A stretch of DNA of 42,165 nt, from positions 1 to 42,165 of the IMG/VR virus record IMGVR_UViG_3300020045_006727. One strand, written 5' to 3'. Numbering within the stretch: position 1 is the stretch's first letter; each line of letters starts with the position of its first letter. The translations under genes were made by a program, and so were the position numbers. The stretch comes from a virus (Duplodnaviria > Caudoviricetes). Below, piece after piece: positions 35,778 to 42,165 of this stretch. The notes under the pieces were generated by a model. The model worked only from the letters and a program-made list of their open reading frames with translations, searched no databases and was not told the DNA's origin.

Positions 35778-37205
35778 ATGGAAACTCTAACTGAAGAAGA
35801 ATTCAAAAAACGATACGGCCAGTCAACGCTTGACTCGTTTGAAAAAAGCAAGAAAGAAGAAGGGTTGTTCTCTTCTATTAAGCGCCAAATAGGAGAAGCG
35901 GCGCTGGGTGGGGTAGAGAAGACTATAGGCGGTGTGCAAGACTTTGCAAATTCATTTCCCACAAAGCAAAGACCAGAAGGGAGCCCGCTGGAGGCGGCTA
36001 AAGGGGTAACTAAGGTGGTTTCAGGTCCTATAGAAACACTTTTCTCTCCACTTGCTCCAGTGTTTAATGCAACTATAGGAAAAGGTATAGAGTTTGTAGG
36101 TAAAAAAATATCTGATATTCCTGGTGTTCAAAAGTTTGCTACCTCAAAAGCTGGTGAGGTCACGTCCGACGTTGCAGAGATTGTCGGGAATACGGCTGAA
36201 TTTGCAGGGGGAGTTGCTGGACTAAAGGTTCCCGGAAAGATTGCCCCCGCCGCTGAAGCTACTGCATCAAAAATTGGAAGTGCCGCAGAGGGAGTGAGAA
36301 CAAAAGTTGGGGAATCTACAAAATATGTACGAAGTGCTGTGCGAGATGTTGTCCCAACGAGAGTACAACGTATTGATGAAAATATTAGAGAAGCCCTAGA
36401 ACTCACACCGACTGACTTAGTTCGTATTGAGCAGTCTACCGGTAATCCTGTAGGCCGTTGGATGGCAGATAATAATTTGATAGGCCTCAATAAGAAAAAT
36501 ACTCAGGCAATGATTAAAAGTAATTTTGATACAAACTATCAAAATGTACGAAACGTAATCAATAAAATAGACACTGAGTACGGGATGGCACAAATTCCTG
36601 GATACGCTGATGCCCTAAATGCTATTTACGCAAAAGTAAGCGGTGTCCCAGGACTAGAAAAGGTTGCGGCGCAGGTTGAGAATTATATAAAACTAGGTAG
36701 ACCGATTAAATTAAAAGACGTACAAACCGTAAAAGAACTTCTTGACGACCACTTCTCCCTGTACAAAGTAACAGGAGAAATATCTGACGCTGTTGCAAAA
36801 CAAGGGTTGGCGAATATCCGCACAAAACTCAAGGAGTTTATAGAAGATCAGGTTAAAAAAACTACAGGAGAAGATATAAGAGCAATGAACAATAGTGTGT
36901 CTACAGCAAAGGCACTTTTGGACGCAATAGAAAAACGTTCAACACGCGGTCTTACTCGCATGCATATCACATGGAGGGACTTTGCAGTTGGTGCAGGTTT
37001 AACCTACTTCACTACTCCTCTCATTGGTCTTGCGGTGGTTCTTGCAAAAAAGGTTATGGAAAGCCCAACTGCACGACTGCGCTTTGCGAGGCACCTAGAT
37101 AGACTCACCGATGCTGAACGAGCTAAAATTAGTCAACAACTAAAAGACGGCGAAGTGCCACAAGCGGTAAAAGATGTTGTTGGTTTAGAAAAAACTAATC
37201 CTTAA
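35778..37205 (+). CDS. Putative DNA ejection / internal virion protein
   Basis: 475 aa, helical, A/G/K-rich, with a hydrophobic segment near the C-terminus. Confidence 0.6.
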   Translation: METLTEEEFKKRYGQSTLDSFEKSKKEEGLFSSIKRQIGEAALGGVEKTIGGVQDFANSFPTKQRPEGSPLEAAKGVTKVVSGPIETLFSPLAPVFNATIGKGIEFVGKKISDIPGVQKFATSKAGEVTSDVAEIVGNTAEFAGGVAGLKVPGKIAPAAEATASKIGSAAEGVRTKVGESTKYVRSAVRDVVPTRVQRIDENIREALELTPTDLVRIEQSTGNPVGRWMADNNLIGLNKKNTQAMIKSNFDTNYQNVRNVINKIDTEYGMAQIPGYADALNAIYAKVSGVPGLEKVAAQVENYIKLGRPIKLKDVQTVKELLDDHFSLYKVTGEISDAVAKQGLANIRTKLKEFIEDQVKKTTGEDIRAMNNSVSTAKALLDAIEKRSTRGLTRMHITWRDFAVGAGLTYFTTPLIGLAVVLAKKVMESPTARLRFARHLDRLTDAERAKISQQLKDGEVPQAVKDVVGLEKTNP

Positions 37206-37263
37206 AGAAAAACAACAAACCAAGTATGAGAATAACTCCGGCAATGAAGTTAAGAACAACCAT
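37195..37263 (-). CDS. Antisense 22-aa single-TM peptide with leaderless promoter
   Basis: MVVLNFIAGVILILGLLFFFKD; TTGAAT-16-(TGG)TATACT-6-ATG. Confidence 0.55.
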   Translation of the reverse strand: MVVLNFIAGVILILGLLFFFKD

Positions 37264-37277
37264 AAAAGAAGTATACC

Positions 37278-37649
37278 ATGTCTGAACAAAAATTCAAGCA
37301 AGCCAAGTCCTCTCTTGCCTTCTCACAGAGCCTTTTAGACTCTATGCGCCAACAGCAGGCACCTATGGAAGCCACTGAAGGCCAAGAAATGCCCCAAGAA
37401 GCCATGCCAGAGCCTATAGTTGAGGAGGAGGCAGTAGTAGAAGAAAAACCACAAGAAGAGCCTATTTCAGAGGCCACAGAGCCTGTGGAGGAAGAAGAAA
37501 AAGAAGACTTAGGTGCCACTCTGAAGTACTTCATGGATGAAGTACGTGGTATGTTCAAAAAGAAAGAAAACGACGATAAGTCAACTATAGAGAAGACGGT
37601 CAAGTCCTCGTTAAAAGAGATGCTCAATGAAGAAGATAAAGATACTTAA
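37278..37649 (+). CDS. Acidic hypothetical protein
   Basis: E/P-rich ATG ORF. Confidence 0.65.
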   Translation: MSEQKFKQAKSSLAFSQSLLDSMRQQQAPMEATEGQEMPQEAMPEPIVEEEAVVEEKPQEEPISEATEPVEEEEKEDLGATLKYFMDEVRGMFKKKENDDKSTIEKTVKSSLKEMLNEEDKDT

Positions 37650-39063
37650 AACACTCCTCAAAACCGGAGATACAAAAACGGTTGTTAAGGAATTAGTTGA
37701 TCTATACGACTCTCTCCCTAAAGAGACTGTAGAAGGTGCGCCCGGCAAAGACGGACCCCGTGGAGAAACCGGACCGAAAGGAGAAAAGGGAGATAAAGGA
37801 GACCCTGGGGAACCAGGGAAAGACGGAAAGAGTGTAGAGCTCGAGGATGTAGTAGACGAACTACGCCACGATGTCTTACGTCGGAACCAAGGGAGTGGAA
37901 ACATGAACCGTGATATTAAAATTAACGGGTCAGTCCTTTCATACTACGGAGATGTAAACTTCATAGGCTCTATAGCAGGAGTCCCGAACCAAACCACCAA
38001 ATATACTGACGTGTACTTTAGTGGAGGTGGCGGCACACCAGCCGCACCAGACACTGCGGTTCAGTTTAACGATGGAGGGAGTTTTGGGGGAAGCTCTCAT
38101 TTTACTTTTACTTTAGCAAACGACACTATCAACTTAGGAGTAGTAGGTGACGAGGCAGGAATTTCTGCCCCTAGTGCCGTTGATCCTGACACACAAGGTG
38201 GAGCGTTATTTTTTCAGGGCGGTGACGGTACTGGAGACAGTAATGGAGGGTATCTTGGATTTGTAACTGGAACTGGCGGATTAACAGGAAACGGCGGACA
38301 ACTTTCTTTTGACTCAGGAAACGGCGGTGCGACTTCGGGAGACGCAGGAAACATTTTTCTTACTGGTGGAAACGCTACAGACGGGTCTGGAGGAGACATT
38401 TTTCTCTCTGGTGGGAACTCATCTGAGGGTGCTGGAGGAGTTTTCAGTGCTTCAGCCGGTGAAACAAGCAACGGTAATGGAGGGTACGTTGAGTTTATTG
38501 CAGGAAATTCGAATGGTGGAAATGGGAACGGAGGGGATGTTAAGTTCACGACTGGTCGTAAAAACGGGGCAGGAACGGCAGGAAAATTCACCTTTACCCC
38601 TTCTGGAGGTTCCACCGTAAGCGGAATCCTTGACTTTGACTCTCTCGTAACTACAAATAAAACCTTCACCTTCCCGAATGTCTCGGGGACAGTTGCAGCT
38701 CCAGTCTCTGTCGCTAGCGCAGGAATGTATCTTCTGACAACTGGAGGCGGACTAAGTCAGTGGGCGTCGGTAGTGAGTAGTGGCGGATTCACCCGTACTA
38801 CAAGTATCATTTCGGTTAGCTCTACCATTGCTGCGGCAGCGTCAACCGACTACGTCATTTTCGCTAATGTAGGTATTCAAACTGTTCTCCCCACGGCGAT
38901 AGGTAACACCAACCGCTATACTATAAAAAACTATGCTAATTCAAGTGTCTTGGTGACCACAACAGCTGGACAAACCATCGACGACAGTGACACAGCCCTA
39001 CTATCGACAAAGTACCAGTCCCTTGATTTGATAAGTAATGGGAGTATATGGGGAGTCATTTAA
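37627..39063 (+). CDS. Tail fibre with collagen-like and glycine-rich repeats
   Basis: ~11 GXY triplets, VQFNDGGSFGG, ~8 GGxhxhxxG repeats, C-terminal LPTAIGNT..YTIKN domain. Confidence 0.8.
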   Translation: MKKIKILKTLLKTGDTKTVVKELVDLYDSLPKETVEGAPGKDGPRGETGPKGEKGDKGDPGEPGKDGKSVELEDVVDELRHDVLRRNQGSGNMNRDIKINGSVLSYYGDVNFIGSIAGVPNQTTKYTDVYFSGGGGTPAAPDTAVQFNDGGSFGGSSHFTFTLANDTINLGVVGDEAGISAPSAVDPDTQGGALFFQGGDGTGDSNGGYLGFVTGTGGLTGNGGQLSFDSGNGGATSGDAGNIFLTGGNATDGSGGDIFLSGGNSSEGAGGVFSASAGETSNGNGGYVEFIAGNSNGGNGNGGDVKFTTGRKNGAGTAGKFTFTPSGGSTVSGILDFDSLVTTNKTFTFPNVSGTVAAPVSVASAGMYLLTTGGGLSQWASVVSSGGFTRTTSIISVSSTIAAAASTDYVIFANVGIQTVLPTAIGNTNRYTIKNYANSSVLVTTTAGQTIDDSDTALLSTKYQSLDLISNGSIWGVI

Positions 39064-39069
39064 ACTAAT

Positions 39070-39525
39070 ATGGCATATTTTCCTCCAACTGGATCAGTCG
39101 TAGCATTTCAAAATAATCCTAGTGTTTTACAGGTCCTTGCTACGGTTACCAATCCAGTCACGTTCTCTTCAGTCTCTGGTACTGTCGGCGCTTCTGTTAT
39201 TGGTACGGTTCCTGTAACTCAGAGTGGCACAATTATTGTGTCAGTAGTGGGAGCAATGGCCGGTATTTCAAGCGTATATCTCGTCGCAAGCTCAGTCACC
39301 AGTGTAAGTGTCATGTCATTGAATACGAACCGGAAAGGAGGAACGATATTTAATCGCTCGGGAACAACAAACTATATAAAGTTAGGCACTGCGGCAACAA
39401 CGTCAGTGTACACAGTTGCTATGGACGACCAAGACTACTACGAACTTCCTTATGGATGGACTGGGGTGGTTGCTGCTATCAGTGCCTCAACCGCAGGGGT
39501 TTTGACAGTCACCGAATTTACCTAA
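39070..39525 (+). CDS. Putative virion protein
   Basis: S/V/T-rich; NRKG..IFN, YIKLG, YYELPY..TG; shares SVSGTVGASVIG with the 30621 protein. Confidence 0.7.
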   Translation: MAYFPPTGSVVAFQNNPSVLQVLATVTNPVTFSSVSGTVGASVIGTVPVTQSGTIIVSVVGAMAGISSVYLVASSVTSVSVMSLNTNRKGGTIFNRSGTTNYIKLGTAATTSVYTVAMDDQDYYELPYGWTGVVAAISASTAGVLTVTEFT

Positions 39526-39526
39526 T

Positions 39527-40321
39527 ATGCCTTTATATATTCAACCAGTAAATTCACGAGAACAAATCACGGCAAATAGGACGTACTACGTTCGCACTGA
39601 CGGGAACGACAGCAACAACGGGCTAACAAATACTGCAGGTGGAGCATTTCTCACTATTCAAAAGGGCATCGACACGATTGCAGCACTCGACATTTCTGTA
39701 CTTACGGTGACTCTCCAAGTTGGGGACGGTACGTATACTGCGGCAGTTAATTTGAAAGATCCAGTCGGAGACGGTACGTGTGTACTGCAAGGAAACACAA
39801 CAACACCATCGAGCGTTGTGATTTCAACAACATCCACTGACGGGATAACTTCTACAGGGACACTGAAATGGACTATAAAAGGATTCAAAGTCCAAACAAC
39901 TACTTCAGGAATGTGTATTTTGTCTCAAGGTGGCGGGAGGGTTGTTTTATCCGGTGTCAATTTTGGCCCTGCAGGGGTGAGCCACATACGCTCTTTTCAA
40001 GGGAGCCAAGTAAACATAACAGAAAGTTACTCAATTCTGGGTGGAGGTAACGACCACTATCTAGCACAACAACATGGGCGCATACTCATGGTGCCTAGTA
40101 AAGTGATAGACCTAACAGGGACAGCATCCTTCGTCGCTGCTTTTTGTAGGACTGGCCTTATGGGGTACGTTGAAAACTACTCGACTACTTTTGTTGGCTC
40201 AATAGCAGGTACACGATACTCAGCTTCGTCAAATAGTGTCATGAACGTAAACGGCGGGGGTGCTAACTACTACCCAGGGAACGTTGCTGGCTCGACAGGT
40301 ACCGGAGCACAGTACTTATAA
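39527..40321 (+). CDS. Tail fibre / spike receptor-binding domain protein
   Basis: RTYYVRTDGNDSNNGL....AFLTIQKGI, GDGTY, YYPGNVAG...TG.QY. Confidence 0.8.
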   Translation: MPLYIQPVNSREQITANRTYYVRTDGNDSNNGLTNTAGGAFLTIQKGIDTIAALDISVLTVTLQVGDGTYTAAVNLKDPVGDGTCVLQGNTTTPSSVVISTTSTDGITSTGTLKWTIKGFKVQTTTSGMCILSQGGGRVVLSGVNFGPAGVSHIRSFQGSQVNITESYSILGGGNDHYLAQQHGRILMVPSKVIDLTGTASFVAAFCRTGLMGYVENYSTTFVGSIAGTRYSASSNSVMNVNGGGANYYPGNVAGSTGTGAQYL

Positions 40322-40326
40322 AATAT

Positions 40327-40614
40327 ATGCCCGTATTCAATTACAACGAACGGGATCACTACTGGAGGATTAACATGGAGGTAACTTGGTACTCTTCTGC
40401 GTCACACACTTATGTGGGGTCTGTCCCTCAATCTTTCTATGATCGTGGTGGCGTAGTAACCGATATAGCGTCTGAAGACCTTTTATGGGAGTATCTCGGA
40501 AGTGTGTATCCAGAGGGTATCCCAGAGGGGAAAGTGAACCCAAAACCAGACTCATCACTCACTGCTCGTGTTTACGACTTAGAAGAACGACTAAAAAAAC
40601 TTGAAAATAAATAA
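40327..40614 (+). CDS. Putative tail fibre assembly protein
   Basis: Follows the fibre gene; DHYW...YSSA...YV, T.IASE..LWEYL. Confidence 0.55.
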   Translation: MPVFNYNERDHYWRINMEVTWYSSASHTYVGSVPQSFYDRGGVVTDIASEDLLWEYLGSVYPEGIPEGKVNPKPDSSLTARVYDLEERLKKLENK

Positions 40615-40636
40615 TATGAAACTACACAAACACTTT

Positions 40637-41215
40637 TTAAACCAAAGACTGCCATTTCTTTTTAAGGTATTTTTCCCCAATCTCTTTCATTTCTCCTTCG
40701 GTCAAAAACTCGTTCTTAATAATGTTGCATCGCCAACACGCCAGTACTATATTCTCGATGGTGTACCCCACAGAACTTTGTTTCCTGTCTATGGTCAGCC
40801 TGCTGCAAGCACTTATTTTTCCTATCTTCTTCCATACATCTTCAGGAATGTCACAGTAGTGACAAATTTTCTTAGCACTTTCGTACCAAGAAATAAAAAC
40901 GTCCTGCTCTATATCAAAGGACTTTTTTCCGTAAAACTTTATTTTTCTCTTCAGAATTTTGTATATCCCCTTTGGACTATTTTGAAAAACAACCTGAGTT
41001 TTATGGTAAGCGTCTCGGTGAACAGAACGATACGTGCGGGCCTTCTCTGCTACGCATTTCTTACAGCAATAGCTCAAACCATCTTTAGAATGCCCACTCG
41101 GTCTTTTGCCAAAGTCAGTGGTGGGTTTGTCTACTCTACAGCTTGGGCAGATTTTATTTATAATCCCATCGTACCATGAAAATCTACCGTCCCATAAAGC
41201 CAAACTATCTAACAC
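40637..41215 (-). CDS. Zn-finger plus HNH-like endonuclease (antisense insertion; start uncertain)
   Basis: KICPSC..DK...DF...DGL...CKKC; CHYC...LTIDRK....GY...NIVLACWRCN..K. Confidence 0.8.
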   Translation of the reverse strand: MLDSLALWDGRFSWYDGIINKICPSCRVDKPTTDFGKRPSGHSKDGLSYCCKKCVAEKARTYRSVHRDAYHKTQVVFQNSPKGIYKILKRKIKFYGKKSFDIEQDVFISWYESAKKICHYCDIPEDVWKKIGKISACSRLTIDRKQSSVGYTIENIVLACWRCNIIKNEFLTEGEMKEIGEKYLKKKWQSLV

Positions 41216-42015
41216 AAAAATTCGGTGAGAATGCCGCCTGTGCTGCCGTTGATAGTAGCGGAAAGATCATACGGCCATTCATTGTACGTGCTAAACAAAA
41301 CAACACCTGTCCTGTCGGGTACAAAGACTTCTACCCATTAGTGGGTCTTAGGGCACATCCAGGCGAAGACTGGTCTGCTACCCGTGGTGAAAAGATCTAC
41401 TTTGATGTAGACATCCCTGGTATGCGCTGGTGGGGAAGAGTAGAAGTTGACGAGGCGCAGGGCATCAACCTTGATATCTTTTCAGTAGATCCAATACCGT
41501 TTGAGACATTACCGAAAGAAGTCACTGCGAACACACTCTATCATTGGGACTTTAACGAAAAGAAACTCCATATTAAACGACGTTTTACTCATGGCTACCG
41601 CACCTTCCTCGACGATAAACCGCTGGTGCAGGTGGGAGTCTTTGCTGACGGACGACCAGAAATGCGACCTGAAATTAAACTCGGTGATCTTGTGATGCTT
41701 GCTGACAACACTGGAGCAAGCGCAGGCGACCACCTCCATCGTTCAATAAAATTCACTACTAAGAATGCAATTACTATTGGCGGCGATAATGGGTACATGG
41801 GGGCAGTAGACGAAGCACAGTGGTTCGACAATCGATTCGTCCTCGACGTACTGAAAGAGCGCGAGGAGCAACCGACAACTCCCCCGCTTTCGCAGTTGGA
41901 CTTAACCCTCCAGTCCTTAGAAAACAATGCACTCGAAGAAGAACAGAAAGGCAACCCCTCATTGGCGGCTATAATCCGCGCTATAAAAGGAATCGTCAAG
42001 GCATTCTGGAAGTAG
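41176..42015 (+). CDS. M23-family peptidase, putative endolysin
   Basis: LTQKFGEN, HPGED (HxxxD), ADNTGASAGDHLH (HxH); upstream of the holin on the circle. Confidence 0.8.
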   Translation: MKIYRPIKPNYLTQKFGENAACAAVDSSGKIIRPFIVRAKQNNTCPVGYKDFYPLVGLRAHPGEDWSATRGEKIYFDVDIPGMRWWGRVEVDEAQGINLDIFSVDPIPFETLPKEVTANTLYHWDFNEKKLHIKRRFTHGYRTFLDDKPLVQVGVFADGRPEMRPEIKLGDLVMLADNTGASAGDHLHRSIKFTTKNAITIGGDNGYMGAVDEAQWFDNRFVLDVLKEREEQPTTPPLSQLDLTLQSLENNALEEEQKGNPSLAAIIRAIKGIVKAFWK

Positions 42016-42044
42016 GGGATAACGCGTTGCAACCTGTACCGTCG

Positions 42045-42165
42045 CGATATAATAGAAATATCCCCTTCATGGGGTTATCATTATGAAACTTCTTAAAGGA
42101 TACAAAACGTACATTGTTTCAGCATTATTGGTTGCCGTTGGTCTTATTGATGTGTTGACTGGAGA
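42045..42165. repeat. Direct terminal repeat (copy 2)
   Basis: Identical to 1-121. Confidence 0.95.

Noticed and set aside
37627-40321. Diversity-generating retroelement or invertible tail-fibre cassette
   Set aside because: No reverse transcriptase, recombinase or template/variable repeat pair was noticed.
40601-41179. 192-aa hydrophobic plus-strand ORF
   Set aside because: Antisense shadow of the Lys-rich endonuclease. Its first residues (MKLHK) might be a remnant of an endolysin start (MKIYR), but the match is too short to support.

Overview
A complete, circularly assembled ~42,044-bp tailed phage genome. Bases 1-121 are repeated at 42045-42165. It is podovirus-like, with a P22-like portal, an N4-gp56-like major capsid protein and no tape measure. 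It uses the standard genetic code, and no integrase, polymerase, primase or helicase is recognisable. The layout is: (i) a minus-strand arm (~850-7120) of small ORFs, two DNA methyltransferases, YopX and HNH genes; (ii) a divergent promoter region; (iii) a plus-strand recombination module (PD-(D/E)XK nuclease, SSB-like, NinB-like, NinG-like) containing a structured non-coding element at ~10290-10630; (iv) a ~9.6-kb glycan biosynthesis operon (ABO-type GT6, two GT2, two GT11-like, GT17, DUF5672, DUF3431, NDP-glucose 4,6-dehydratase, His-type 3-dehydrase, CDP-paratose-2-epimerase-like) directly before the terminase; (v) virion genes; (vi) lysis genes (M23 peptidase, holin, SLT). The main hypothesis is a self-contained virion-glycosylation system that builds a blood-group-A-like, dideoxysugar-containing glycan. 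It is paired with a recurring [AGST]-S-[VI] motif in the outer virion proteins that could be the acceptor site. Other notable points are a dual-frame (EcoHK31I-like) C5 methyltransferase, a candidate RNA-primed origin, an in-frame TAA in an ejection-protein gene, an HNH-AP2 insertion that duplicated its target gene's N-terminus, and a leaderless antisense 22-aa membrane peptide. A CPR/Patescibacteria host is inferred, not shown. All family assignments come from motif recognition by eye; no searches were run.
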